From Longimicrobiales bacterium (GTDB lineage Bacteria; Gemmatimonadota; Gemmatimonadetes; Longimicrobiales; Gaopeijiaceae): 64,000 nt of DNA. Position numbers and translations under genes: made by a program. Positions 29,026 to 38,937 of this stretch are shown here, piece after piece (positions within the stretch are counted from its first letter, which is position 1; the number at the start of each line of letters is the position of its first letter). The notes under the pieces are model-generated. The model worked only from the letters and a program-made list of their open reading frames with translations. It was not told where the DNA came from and ran no database searches. The stretch lies in contig CBDCKN010000015.1 of assembly GCA_965218295.1 (NCBI GenBank), positions 256,001 through 320,000 of the forward strand, read 5' to 3'.

Positions 29026-30810
29026 TCACGGCGGCTCGGACATCGGCGGTGGGCCCATGACGGCGCGGAGGCACAGAGGGCAGAAGCGCCACCCCTGTCG
29101 AAGTTGGGAGCCGCACCGGCAGAGCCGCCTCACGGTCAGGCCGCAGTAGGGGCACCCCAGGGCCTCGGTCGGGATCTCCCCCCCACATCGGGAGCAAGGC
29201 ACCACCGCCCCGGCGTCGGTCTGAATGACCCGCGCGACTTCGTGTGGCGTGGTGCGGCCTTCGGCCACCTTGCGGCGGGCGTCTTCCGAGAGAGAGGCCA
29301 TTCCGCTGTCCTCAGCCAGGCGTCGCAGCGTAGCGGTGGACGCGCCTCGAATGATCTCGTCTCGCATGCTGTCGTTGATGGCGAGCGCCTGAAAGACGCC
29401 GGTTCGCCCTGAGTAGCCGTCCGGGCATCTCCCGCACCCCTCGGCGCTACGTCCGCGACAGACGGGGCAGAGGGTTCGGACCAGGCGCTGGGCCACGACC
29501 CCCGTGAGTCCTCCGGCCACCAGGTAGGCAGGTACTCCCATGTGGAGCAACCGGGTTATGGCCCCGGGGGCGTCGGTAGTGTGAATCGTGGAGAGGACCA
29601 GGTGACCGGTCACTGCTGCTGCCATGGCGATCTCCGCCGTCTCGCGGTCACGGATCTCTCCGATCATCACGATGTCGGGGTCCTGCCGAAGAATCGCCCG
29701 TAGGGCAGCGGGAAAGGTCAGGCCCGCTAGCGGCTTGACCTGAACCTGATTGATGCCGGAGATCCGGTACTCCACCGGGTCCTCCACCGTAACCACGTTC
29801 AGGCCCTCCCGATTGAGCTCCGCCAGCGCAGCGGAAAGGCTACTGCTCTTCCCGCTGCCGGTGGGTCCAGCTGCGAGGATCACTCCCTGGCCGGATGCTC
29901 CCAGTCTCCGGACCAAGCTGAGGTCCCTGGGGGCCATACCCAGCGCGTCGAGATTACGGGGAGCCTGGAGGGGGTCGAGGAGTCGCAGCACGATCTTCTC
30001 TCCCTCGACTGTGGGCAAAGTGGAGACCCGCACTCGCAGGGAGCTGCCAGCGTGTTGGAACGCGAAGCCTCCATCCTGCGGTCGACGCTTCACGGAGATA
30101 TCCATTCCCGATATCACCTTGATACGTGAGGCTACTGGGCCGAGGCTCGATCCGGGCAGCGTAAGAGAGCGGCGGAGGACGCCGTCGATCCGCCAGCGAA
30201 CCAGGACCTGTCCTTCTGACGGTTCCAGATGGATGTCGCTCGCACCCAGAGCGGCCGCCTGGTGCAGGACATGATTCACCAGCCGCACCACTGGGGCCGC
30301 TTCGGCGACGGCCTGCAAGGAAGCGTGGGTCTCGACGTCCACGTCGGCGTTCGGCAGGCCCTCGACCAGATCCGCGAGCTCCTCGCCATAGGAGGTGCGG
30401 ATCGCCTCTGCCAGGGCGGAGGGGGCGGCAACCACGGCTTCGACGTGACGGCCACTGCTGAAGCGGACCTCGCCCAGGGTGACCTGGTCGAGGGGATCGG
30501 AGACGGCCAGACGCAGAGTGCGACCGGTGGCGGACAGCGGCAGAACGGCCCTCGCTCGTGCGAAGTGACCCTCGATCAGACGGACCGCGTCCGGGTCCGG
30601 GATCAGAGGGCTTTCGGCGAAAGGGAGCCTCAGCTGCGTGGCCAGCGTCTGTGCGACGGTCTCGTCGTCGACGTATCCCCGCCCTATGAGAATGTCACCG
30701 AGGCGGAGGCTCGACCCACCCTGCTCCTCCAGGGCGGCCTGGAGGTCTCGAGGCCTGAGTCTTCCGGAGTCGACGAGGAGCTGCCCGAGGGGCTTCGGTC
30801 GCGTCGCCAT
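29026..30810 (-). CDS. GspE/PilB-family secretion ATPase with MshEN-like N-terminus and C-terminal zinc ribbons
   Basis: ASDIHLEP, GPTGSGKS, EDPVE, LRQDPD..GEIRD, TGHLV.STIH; RLGDIL motif; CSRC..CPYC..CRC..CPLC tail. Confidence 0.88.
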   Translation of the reverse strand: MATRPKPLGQLLVDSGRLRPRDLQAALEEQGGSSLRLGDILIGRGYVDDETVAQTLATQLRLPFAESPLIPDPDAVRLIEGHFARARAVLPLSATGRTLRLAVSDPLDQVTLGEVRFSSGRHVEAVVAAPSALAEAIRTSYGEELADLVEGLPNADVDVETHASLQAVAEAAPVVRLVNHVLHQAAALGASDIHLEPSEGQVLVRWRIDGVLRRSLTLPGSSLGPVASRIKVISGMDISVKRRPQDGGFAFQHAGSSLRVRVSTLPTVEGEKIVLRLLDPLQAPRNLDALGMAPRDLSLVRRLGASGQGVILAAGPTGSGKSSSLSAALAELNREGLNVVTVEDPVEYRISGINQVQVKPLAGLTFPAALRAILRQDPDIVMIGEIRDRETAEIAMAAAVTGHLVLSTIHTTDAPGAITRLLHMGVPAYLVAGGLTGVVAQRLVRTLCPVCRGRSAEGCGRCPDGYSGRTGVFQALAINDSMRDEIIRGASTATLRRLAEDSGMASLSEDARRKVAEGRTTPHEVARVIQTDAGAVVPCSRCGGEIPTEALGCPYCGLTVRRLCRCGSQLRQGWRFCPLCLRAVMGPPPMSEPP

Positions 30811-30932
30811 GAGGTAAGGTGGAGCCTGCGGCGGGGCACCCGAATGGCGGGAGCGGCACACCTTCATAGCCCGGAGGGCGGAGGCGCTGAGTCAGCAGGC
30901 CGACCGGAGGAGGAGGCCAACGAATCGGAGCG

Positions 30933-31829
30933 TCAGGAGTCCAGCAGCTCCAAGACGAAGGGCGCCACGCCCAGAATGGAGGAGGGAAGCCGGTCTGCCT
31001 CGGCGGCGGCGCCGGCCAGGAGCCCCAGGACAGGGTTCCGTGTGTGTCCCGCGGTGAGATCTTCGAGGTTGCCGTGATCGCTGGCCACCACCAGCGAAGC
31101 GCTCTCGGGCAGACCGTCGACGACGGCCGCCAGGAACTCGTCTACTCGCTCCAGGGCCACTATCGCCTCCTCCGCGTTCCCCCGGTGACCGGCGTAGTCG
31201 GTGGAGTAGTGGGCGTAGAAGGTGAGATCCGCCGCGGCGGCGATGCGGGCCAGGTTCACGCCAGCCTCGGCAGGCGTGATCTGAGGCACCTCGCTGTAGC
31301 CCAGGCCGTCCCTCCATCCGGTGTTGACGATCTCGCTGGACACCGCATCCCCCGAGGCGAGCTCGGCGGCGTGCCGGCGCAGGAGACCGGCGGCATTGGC
31401 GGCCAGGGGTGGTGCGGCCGGGAAACGCGAGCGACGCCGCTCGAGATATCCCTCAGGGTAGGCGTTGGCGAAGGCCACGGAGTGGCCGGCCTCCTGAGCC
31501 CTGCTCATGATGTTCCTCTCGATAAGGAGCGGGCGCAGGCGCACCGGGGCCCAGGGCCCGAAGTGACGCCCGAACGCCAGCGCCGCGTTCTCGCCGGTCA
31601 TCAGGGTGATCTGCCCGGTTCCGCTCTGAGGGATGCCATCGACGCCCAAGTTAGCGTCCAGAGGGATCGCCCGGCCCCGTGATCCCTCCACCACGGGCTC
31701 GTCGAGAGTGGGCAACCGCCCACCCAAGAGTCCCTCCAGGCCGGGGAGCCGCGCCTGGAGGAAGGGGTTGCGACCGGGATCGGACGAGCCGATGCCAACC
31801 CCGTCGAGGAAGACGAAGAGGACGGACAT
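30933..31829 (-). CDS. Alkaline-phosphatase-superfamily metalloenzyme (phosphomutase-like)
   Basis: FLDGVG, PQSGTG, TDYAGH, SDHGN, HTRNPV. Confidence 0.82.
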   Translation of the reverse strand: MSVLFVFLDGVGIGSSDPGRNPFLQARLPGLEGLLGGRLPTLDEPVVEGSRGRAIPLDANLGVDGIPQSGTGQITLMTGENAALAFGRHFGPWAPVRLRPLLIERNIMSRAQEAGHSVAFANAYPEGYLERRRSRFPAAPPLAANAAGLLRRHAAELASGDAVSSEIVNTGWRDGLGYSEVPQITPAEAGVNLARIAAAADLTFYAHYSTDYAGHRGNAEEAIVALERVDEFLAAVVDGLPESASLVVASDHGNLEDLTAGHTRNPVLGLLAGAAAEADRLPSSILGVAPFVLELLDS

Positions 31830-31847
31830 GCTAGTGTTCTGTTGCCA

Positions 31848-32132
31848 CTAGAGCTTGAGACGCGCGCGCGCGACCTCAACGGCGAGCCCGGCGATGCGGA
31901 CGACCTTGCTCTTGCCGCTGTGACCGCGGGTCACCTCGACGGAGCTTTTCGGAACGCCCAGCACCTTGGCCATGACACGGATCAGCTCGGCGTTGGCGGC
32001 TCCGTCCACCGGGGGCGCTGCAAGGCGCACCTTGAGGGCGTCTCCGTGAAGGCCCACCACCTCCGAGCGGCTGGCCCGAGGCTGGGCGTGGATCACGATC
32101 TCCACGCCGCCTTCAAGCTCTCGGACCGTCAC
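31848..32132 (-). CDS. DUF167 (YggU-like) protein
   Basis: QPRAS, KVRLAAPPVDGAAN.EL, G..GKSK. Confidence 0.9.
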   Translation of the reverse strand: MTVRELEGGVEIVIHAQPRASRSEVVGLHGDALKVRLAAPPVDGAANAELIRVMAKVLGVPKSSVEVTRGHSGKSKVVRIAGLAVEVARARLKL

Positions 32133-32150
32133 GAGCGGGACACTAGACGC

Positions 32151-32336
32151 TCACCGTGAGCGCCGGACGGCGTCGATCAGCTTCTGGAGCTGGAGGCGCT
32201 GCGGCGGTTGGGGGTCGAACCAGGAACGCAAGAGGGAGTCGTGGCGGGAGATGTCGAATGCCATGAATACGCCCATGAGGATGAGCGCCAGGACAATCAA
32301 GACCCGCCCGAAGTCTCGCTTCCGTCCCGATGGCAT
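32151..32336 (-). CDS. Small single-TM hypothetical protein
   Basis: 61-aa ORF filling the gap between co-oriented genes; one hydrophobic helix. Confidence 0.55.
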   Translation of the reverse strand: MPSGRKRDFGRVLIVLALILMGVFMAFDISRHDSLLRSWFDPQPPQRLQLQKLIDAVRRSR

Positions 32337-32357
32337 GTCATCCCTGCCGAGGTGGGA

Positions 32358-32948
32358 CTACTCGACGGGTGGCACGTCCAGGGGTCGCACGTCTACGGGT
32401 CGCACGTCCATTGTGACCTGAACGGCGACGTGGCCCATGTCTGCACGATCCCGGAGGGCGTCTCGGATCCTCGGCTCGACCTTCTTGTACGCCGCCTTGA
32501 CTCCGTCCCGGATCTCGAGCCGGAGCACCTTGAGGGCGTTGACGTCCGGGCGGCTCGTCTTCGTCTCCTTCTTCGCCTCTACCAGGTGGTCCGGGAGGAC
32601 CTCGAAGGGGGCCATCCCCACGTCGTCGGGACGAGGAGAGTCGATATACTGAATGGCCACCGAGACATCACCGCGGGCGTGATGCGTGGGGATTTCACCC
32701 ACGGCTCGGAAGTGGGATGCCAGCTTCCCGAGCTCCACGTTGGAGGCGGCCCTAGTGTAACTGCGCTCGACGATGCCGAATATACGCCGCATGCGCTCCG
32801 GCGTGGTGGCGTCGATGTCGGGAACCTCCGTGTCGAGCTCTTTCCCGATGGCATGTCGATCCTGGCCTGCGTGGCCTTCCTCTTCCCGGCTTCGTTGCCG
32901 GTCGATGTTCTCTAGGATGCGATCAGGGTTCGTCCGAAGGCCCATCAT
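32358..32948 (-). CDS. Hypothetical protein
   Basis: 196-aa ORF with GGAGAG RBS and host codon usage; C-terminal DVRP repeat. Confidence 0.7.
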   Translation of the reverse strand: MMGLRTNPDRILENIDRQRSREEEGHAGQDRHAIGKELDTEVPDIDATTPERMRRIFGIVERSYTRAASNVELGKLASHFRAVGEIPTHHARGDVSVAIQYIDSPRPDDVGMAPFEVLPDHLVEAKKETKTSRPDVNALKVLRLEIRDGVKAAYKKVEPRIRDALRDRADMGHVAVQVTMDVRPVDVRPLDVPPVE

Positions 32949-32981
32949 CTCTCTCCATCATCACGGGAAGCCCCGTGGTCA

Positions 32982-33482
32982 GTGTCCCTTGAGTCATCAA
33001 CGATAACCGGTGCGGTCGGCCGAGGCCAAGAGGACTCGGGTGCCGCCGGCCCGCTTTTCAACGCGACCTCGCTCGCCTATGATCTGCTTCTCAAGCTTCC
33101 TCCGCCCGGAATCATGCCGGGCGACAGTTGGGTGGACACGGAGGCGACCACGACGGGTGGGGTACGGCTTCTGCCTCTGGCCTCTGATCGCATCCAGGAG
33201 CTCATGAGGCTATATCCGTACTTCGACGCGGGGGAGATTCCCGCCAGAGTGTATCCCGGCGTGGACGAGTCTCTTCGGACGGCGGTGCTGCTGAACTGGG
33301 TCGTGGCGCCCCGGCGACTGTCGAACGACGTCGTAATGAGTGTGCTGAACGTTTTGACAGACGAGCGTGTCACCTTGGAGCGGGTTCATAACATGGCCCG
33401 CCAGATCGATCTCGATGACTTGCAAGATTCTCCCATCCCGCTTCACCCCGGGACGGAGAGATGGTGGATAGAGGGACGATGA
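32982..33482 (+). pseudogene. TAXI-family TRAP solute-binding protein C-terminal fragment fused to an unrelated fragment
   Basis: VRLLPL..YPYF..EIPARVYPGV..VH..ARQI..PIPLHPG resembles the TAXI C-terminus; no signal peptide or N-lobe. Confidence 0.6.
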
Positions 33483-33542
33483 GCGAACGCGCTGCTTTGC
33501 TATACTCCGGCCGGCGTTCACGTCGGGTTACCGACTGGCGCT

Positions 33543-34718
33543 GTGAGCCCTTTGGGTGAGCCCGCCGTCCTCTCCTGCCAGCGGGAATCCTTCAGCCTTC
33601 CCGACGAAGTCCACTACCTGAACTGCGCCTACTTCAGCCTCCTTCCCAAGGCCACCGAAGAAGCCGGCATAGCCGGGATCCTGCAGAAGCGTAGACCCAT
33701 GGTGGTCCAGGCCTCGGATTTCTTCACAGAGAGCGATCGTGCACGTGAGCTGTTCGCCCGCCTCGTGGGAGTCTCCGAACCGAACCGCATCGCGATCATC
33801 CCGTCCGCTTCGTACGGAGTGGCGGTGGCGGCCCGCAACCTTGCGGTGGAGCAGGGGCAGAACATCGTGCTGCTCCACGAGCAGTTTCCCGGCAACGTCT
33901 ATGCTTGGAGGCGGAAGGCCGACGAGTCGGGAGCCCAGGTCCGCACGGTCGTGCCGCCCGACGGCCCGCGTCGCGGCTCCGCCTGGAACGAGCGCCTCCT
34001 GGAGGCCATCGACGTGGACACGGCGGTTGTCACCGTGCCCCACGTCCACTGGACCGACGGCACGGTCTTCGACCTTCCGGCCGTGGGGGCACGGGCTCGG
34101 GAGGTGGGCGCCGCCCTGGTCGTCGACGCCACACAGTCGGTGGGTGCCATGCCCTTCGACGTGGGGGAGATCCAGCCTGATGCCCTCATTGTGGCCGGCT
34201 ACAAGTGGCTCTTGGGACCCTACTCCATCGGCGCGGCCTACCTCGGATCCCGCTTCGACGACGGCATTCCTCTCGAAGAGACCTGGATCGGGCGCGAGCG
34301 GAGTGAAGAGTTCCAGCACTTGGTGGATTACCAGTCGGCCTACCAGCCCGGTGCCATCCGGTACGACGTCGGGGAAAAATCGAACTTCATCCTCGTCCCC
34401 ATGTTCGTTGCCTCCCTCGGCCTGGTCCTGGAGTGGACTCCGGAGGAGGTGCGGGAGTATTGCCGCCGGCTCGGGGAGACGCTGATCCAGGAGGCGGTCT
34501 CCATCGGATTCTCCCTGGAGCAGGACGAGTGGCGTGCGGCGCACCTATTCGGCCTGCGCATGCCCGAGGGCCTCGAGCTGACGGCCCTCAAAGCCGAGCT
34601 GGAGGCCCGGAAGATCTTCGTGTCGCTGCGGGGGAGCGCCCTCAGGGTCTCGCCTCACCTGTACAACGACGAGGACGACGTGGGCGCCCTGATCGACGCC
34701 CTGAGGGCCGTGGTCTAG
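33543..34718 (+). CDS. Class V PLP-dependent aminotransferase (cysteine desulfurase/lyase-like)
   Basis: YLNCA, VDATQSVG, GYKWLLGP, LRVSPHLYN. Confidence 0.88.
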   Translation: MSPLGEPAVLSCQRESFSLPDEVHYLNCAYFSLLPKATEEAGIAGILQKRRPMVVQASDFFTESDRARELFARLVGVSEPNRIAIIPSASYGVAVAARNLAVEQGQNIVLLHEQFPGNVYAWRRKADESGAQVRTVVPPDGPRRGSAWNERLLEAIDVDTAVVTVPHVHWTDGTVFDLPAVGARAREVGAALVVDATQSVGAMPFDVGEIQPDALIVAGYKWLLGPYSIGAAYLGSRFDDGIPLEETWIGRERSEEFQHLVDYQSAYQPGAIRYDVGEKSNFILVPMFVASLGLVLEWTPEEVREYCRRLGETLIQEAVSIGFSLEQDEWRAAHLFGLRMPEGLELTALKAELEARKIFVSLRGSALRVSPHLYNDEDDVGALIDALRAVV

Positions 34719-35066
34719 TCGACTTCCTGTATCACGACCCCGTCATCGCCCGCTCCGCGTTGACCCGGATTTAACGCTCGATCCCCCAACGAGGTCTCCC
34801 TTGTCATGGCGAGAGGCGAAGGGGGCCGCGCGCACGGCATGGCGCCATCGCTCGGAACCTCGAGCACGTTGGTGGTCTTGAGGGATTTTGTTAGCGCAAA
34901 TGCCGGAGGAAGCTTGCTTTCAAGCCTAGTTGTGGGTATGTGGATGACGAGGTCCGCTTCTTGCTGAACCCTCTCACACCGGACATGGGAAGCACAGATC
35001 AAGTCGCGGAATTGAGATGCCGAGACGATAGCTTCTCGGCTGAAGGCCTCATGAGGAGACAGTTTG

Positions 35067-35285
35067 GTGACCGACGAAGCTGGGGATGATGTCCGCTACA
35101 TCGTAGTGATCAACCACGAAGAGCAATACTCGATCTGGCCCGAAGGCGACGGAGAACTGCCGGAAGGGTGGACGGAGGTGGGCAAGAGCGGTAGTCGCGA
35201 GGAGTGCCTCGATCACATCGGGGAGGTCTGGACCGACATGCGGCCTAAGAGCGTGCGGGAGCGGATGGACGCGGCCGACGACTAG
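35067..35285 (+). CDS. mbtH: MbtH-like NRPS accessory protein
   Basis: [38 protein letters not shown]. Confidence 0.95.
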   Translation: MTDEAGDDVRYIVVINHEEQYSIWPEGDGELPEGWTEVGKSGSREECLDHIGEVWTDMRPKSVRERMDAADD

Positions 35286-35289
35286 CAAG

Positions 35290-36102
35290 CTAGCTACGGC
35301 CTAGCGCGTCCGCACCGCTGGGTGCGCTCCACCGGTCCGGTGCCAGTAGACGTGCGTCGACATCCCAGGCACTGATCGGACTCGGCCTCCACCGCGTCGC
35401 CAGGGCGCCCGCGAAGTCGTCGCCGACATCGAGAGCGGTGAGGGACCACTCTCTCCCCAGCTGACCATCGCCCTCGATCGCCAGGACTTGAGGAGCGTCG
35501 TCCGGGGCGAGCGAGACGTCGAAGCGATCCAATGATAGAAAGAGCCCTTCGCCGAGCGCCTTGACGAAGGCCTCTTTGCGGGTCCAACAGTTGAAGAACG
35601 CGCGTTGTCGGCCGTCACCCGGGATGCGTCGATAGCTTTCGACTTCCGCGGCGGAGAAGAAGCGCTCGGCGATGTCGTCGGCGTCGGCCAGGTCGCGGAG
35701 GAGCTCGATGTCGATCCCCAGGGGGCCGCGTCGCGACACCGCGAAGACGGCTCGTTCGGAAGAATGGGAGACGTTGAAGTGGAGATCTGGCTCGCCGACC
35801 AGCGATGGCTTGCCCTTAGGCCCGTACTCGAAGACCAGGTGTTTCGGCGGCGTCGAGCAGTACCGACCCAGCAGCGTGCGGAGGGCGCCTTGAGCGACGA
35901 TGAAGCGGCGACGATGCCGATCGAATCGGAATCGAGCCGCACGTTGCCTCTCGTCGGCTGACAGGAGGCGGCCGAACGTTGAGATGTGGCCAGGGTCGGC
36001 CCGGAGGTCGACGCTCCAGATGTGTGCCTCGTCGCCGGAGAGGACTGGCGGGTCGAGGGGGGGCCGATCGTAACGCTCGAAGCGAACCGGCTCCGGGGTC
36101 AT
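35290..36102 (-). CDS. Sfp/HetI-type 4'-phosphopantetheinyl transferase
   Basis: GKP, FNVSHS, GIDIE, WTRKEAFVKALG.GL. Confidence 0.93.
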   Translation of the reverse strand: MTPEPVRFERYDRPPLDPPVLSGDEAHIWSVDLRADPGHISTFGRLLSADERQRAARFRFDRHRRRFIVAQGALRTLLGRYCSTPPKHLVFEYGPKGKPSLVGEPDLHFNVSHSSERAVFAVSRRGPLGIDIELLRDLADADDIAERFFSAAEVESYRRIPGDGRQRAFFNCWTRKEAFVKALGEGLFLSLDRFDVSLAPDDAPQVLAIEGDGQLGREWSLTALDVGDDFAGALATRWRPSPISAWDVDARLLAPDRWSAPSGADALGRS

Positions 36103-36872
36103 GGAAGGACTCCCTCGAGCATGGCGGCAATTCGCTCGGGCAGGGCGCGGCTCTCGAGCAGACCGAAGTGGTCACCCGGCAGCAGATGGAGATCGAACGG
36201 GCCGTCGGAGACCGCGCTCCACAGTCGCATGGACCCCTCGGGCACGGTGTCATCGTCGCGGCCGCCGAACACGACGATCGGGCAGGTCAGGGGCGGTCGC
36301 GTCGTCGGCCGGTAGGTATCATGGATCTCGAAGTCGGCCCGCAGGAGTGGCAGCACCAACTCCAGCAACTCTTCGTTCTCGAGAACGCCGTCAGGTGTTC
36401 CCGAGAGATCCCGCAGGCGCTGCTTGAACTCGTCGTCCGGGAGGTGGTACATCCTGGGCGAGGTGGGTGGGAGCTGCGGCGCGGCGCGAGCTGCTACGAT
36501 CAGCAGCTGCGGCTCCATACCGTGCTCCATGCGAAGGCGATGAGCCCACTCGAAGGCAACCGTCGCCCCCATGCTGTAGCCGAACAGCACGAAGGGACGA
36601 TCGAGCATCGGGCCGAGAGCCGCGTCGATGGCCTCGATCAACCTCTCGATGCTGGAGATGGCAGTCTCGCGAATGCGGTGCTCGCGTCCGGGCGGTTGGA
36701 CGGGGCAGACTTCGACATCGGCCGGCATGATGCCTTGCCAGCTGCGGTAGGCACTGGCGCCGCCACCGGCATAGGGAAGACAGAACAGGCGCACACGGCT
36801 TTCCGGGAGCTGGCGATAGTACGCCAGCCAGCGCCCCCCGCATCGCTCCGACGCCATCGAGATCCCTCTCAT
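36099..36872 (-). CDS. Type II thioesterase
   Basis: LFCLPYAGGGAS, QPPGRE.R, GYSMG, LRADF, GDHF. Confidence 0.92.
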   Translation of the reverse strand: MRGISMASERCGGRWLAYYRQLPESRVRLFCLPYAGGGASAYRSWQGIMPADVEVCPVQPPGREHRIRETAISSIERLIEAIDAALGPMLDRPFVLFGYSMGATVAFEWAHRLRMEHGMEPQLLIVAARAAPQLPPTSPRMYHLPDDEFKQRLRDLSGTPDGVLENEELLELVLPLLRADFEIHDTYRPTTRPPLTCPIVVFGGRDDDTVPEGSMRLWSAVSDGPFDLHLLPGDHFGLLESRALPERIAAMLEGVLP

Positions 36873-37726
36873 AAGCGGTCGAGGTGAGCGATCAGAGGAC
36901 TGCCCGCTTGCCGCAGCGAAGCGTCCCAGCTGGCGAATGCCGTGCGGAAGTCGACAGCGCTCTGGCGCAGGAAAGCTTCCGCCGCTCCTTCGGGCGAGCG
37001 GCGCCGGGAGTCGACGTGGAGCAGGTAGTGCAAGGCGCTACGGTGACGGCAAAGCTCCACGAAATCGGAGTAGCGCATCGGTGTCTCGTACAATTCCATC
37101 GCCTCGAGCTTGCGCTCCAGATGGCTAGAGACGTCCACCACCCAGTTGGTTGTCGGCAGCGCGTCCCAGACCTCGAAGCTGCAGATCATCGCTTGGCTCT
37201 CGCTCGCCTGCAGCACACGGGCCAGCAGCGCGTTCGCGGCATAGTGGTCGAAGTGGTGCTCGAAGTAGGACGGCAGGTAGATCGAGTCCGGACGATGATC
37301 CTCGAAGAGGCGGCGCAGATCGGCCTCCGCCCGGCGCGGATCGAGGCAGGTGTCCCGGTGATTCCAGAAGATCTGCTCCAGCCCGAGAAGCTCGCCAACA
37401 GCCTCGGCCTCACGCCGTCGGGTCCGGATGAGCGACTCGCGATCCCCGTCGTCGCCGCCACCATCCGTCAGATATACGACCGTGACGTCGCCGCCGGCAT
37501 CGCTATGGCCGATAAGCGTTCCGCCGGGTCCGATGATCTCGTCGTCGGGGTGGGGTGCTAGGACCAGCACCTGCTCTTGTGGCAGCTCGCGAGCGATCTC
37601 GACGCCGGTTGGCGAAAAAGCGGCCGATCCGCCGAGGTGCCTCAGCACGGATCGCCAGGCCGAAGATGGGCCGGAGGAGAGGAGCCGCGCCAGGCCGTGA
37701 CCGAGAGATGTGGGGAAGATCGGCAT
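36869..37726 (-). CDS. PIG-L/LmbE family deacetylase
   Basis: APHPDDE, R..EA, H.DH. Confidence 0.88.
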   Translation of the reverse strand: MPIFPTSLGHGLARLLSSGPSSAWRSVLRHLGGSAAFSPTGVEIARELPQEQVLVLAPHPDDEIIGPGGTLIGHSDAGGDVTVVYLTDGGGDDGDRESLIRTRRREAEAVGELLGLEQIFWNHRDTCLDPRRAEADLRRLFEDHRPDSIYLPSYFEHHFDHYAANALLARVLQASESQAMICSFEVWDALPTTNWVVDVSSHLERKLEAMELYETPMRYSDFVELCRHRSALHYLLHVDSRRRSPEGAAEAFLRQSAVDFRTAFASWDASLRQAGSPLIAHLDRL

Positions 37727-37734
37727 CGTCGGCG

Positions 37735-38562
37735 TCAGCTTCCGGGCCTGGCAGCCAGCGCAACCAGATCATTGGCGAACCGGCCGATCGGCGTCCATTT
37801 GGCGAGCCGGGAAAAGAGGCGGTTGAGCGTCAGCTCGCCGTCGACGCCGATGACCGGACCGATGACTGCGTAGTTGACGAAGCCGTGCGGCCGGAAGGCC
37901 AATGTCTCGAAGCCGGCGTCGTCCAGCAGACGGCGCAACCTGCCAATCGAGTAGGTGTGGTTTGAGATAGCCAGGAGCTGCTCGAACTCTTTCCAGTCGC
38001 CACGACCCAAGGCGACCTCGACGCGACGCCGGGCGTTCCTGACCAGATTCCAGACACCGAACAAGTTGCCGACTCGACGGCCGATGGGTCCCGAGATCAC
38101 CAGCCGACCGCCGGGTCGCAAGAGTTGGCGCAAACGCTTCAACGTCGCTCGTTCGTCCTCCTGGTACTGCAGGAAGCCGAGGGCGTAGATGACGTCGAAG
38201 GGCCCGGAGCCGAGCTCCATTTGCAGACTGTCGCCGCAGGCGAGGTGCACAGACGGCTCCTCGACGCCGGCCCCGTGCAGGGCATCGCGACAGAGTTCAA
38301 CCATGCGGGGGGAGAGGTCGACGGCTGTCACATGGTATCCACGGCGGGCCAGGGCGACGGTCAAGAGGCCAGCACCGCAGCCGGCGTCGAGGGCCGATGC
38401 GTCGGAGGCAACGTCCTCAGTGAGCGTCAGCGCCAGACGCAGCCGCTCGCCGAGAACGACATCATTGGCGCTGCGCGGTTGCCGATAGGCTCGTGACCAG
38501 TCCTCGGCATGCGAGTCGAAGTAGGAGCGAACACGCTCGGTGTGATCGCCGACGCCAGTCAT
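37735..38562 (-). CDS. Class I SAM-dependent methyltransferase
   Basis: LDAGCGAG, VDLS, FDVI, LRPGG. Confidence 0.88.
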   Translation of the reverse strand: MTGVGDHTERVRSYFDSHAEDWSRAYRQPRSANDVVLGERLRLALTLTEDVASDASALDAGCGAGLLTVALARRGYHVTAVDLSPRMVELCRDALHGAGVEEPSVHLACGDSLQMELGSGPFDVIYALGFLQYQEDERATLKRLRQLLRPGGRLVISGPIGRRVGNLFGVWNLVRNARRRVEVALGRGDWKEFEQLLAISNHTYSIGRLRRLLDDAGFETLAFRPHGFVNYAVIGPVIGVDGELTLNRLFSRLAKWTPIGRFANDLVALAARPGS

Positions 38563-38850
38563 CCCGCCCGCCCGGCTCCGCGTCCGAGCGACCGGTCAGC
38601 CCGCCGTCTTGGAAATCCTTCGCGGCTCTGACGAGGCCGAGTGTAAGCGGCGTCGACCCCGTCGTCAGGATCAGACGTGTTAGGACTGAGATCGAGGCAG
38701 GACCTTGAATCCCCGCGTGGACGGCCTCCTGGACCAGAGGCCGATCGCAGAGTTCCGCGAGGCGGCTCGCCGGTAATGCCGTTAGGAGTAGCCCAAGTTC
38801 GTGAATCGTCGAGTAACATAGCTCATCTCACAGCGGCAGAAACTCGGTCC

Positions 38851-38873
38851 CTACATGTAGAGAAACATGTAGA
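38851..38873. repeat. ACATGTAGA direct repeat / CTACATGTAG palindrome
   Basis: Copies at 38853-38861 and 38865-38873, about 65 bp from the tRNA fragment. Confidence 0.6.
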
Positions 38874-38937
38874 CCCCTCGCTCGTCTTCGAATGGAGGGT
38901 CTCGTCTAAACTAAGCTAATGCAGCAAGTTACCTCAA

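Noticed and set aside
34715..35002. 95-aa ORF at the island's left edge
   Set aside because: No recognisable motif or RBS and atypical composition; at most a remnant
35067..38562. Complete NRPS biosynthetic cluster
   Set aside because: No adenylation, carrier or condensation domains in the window
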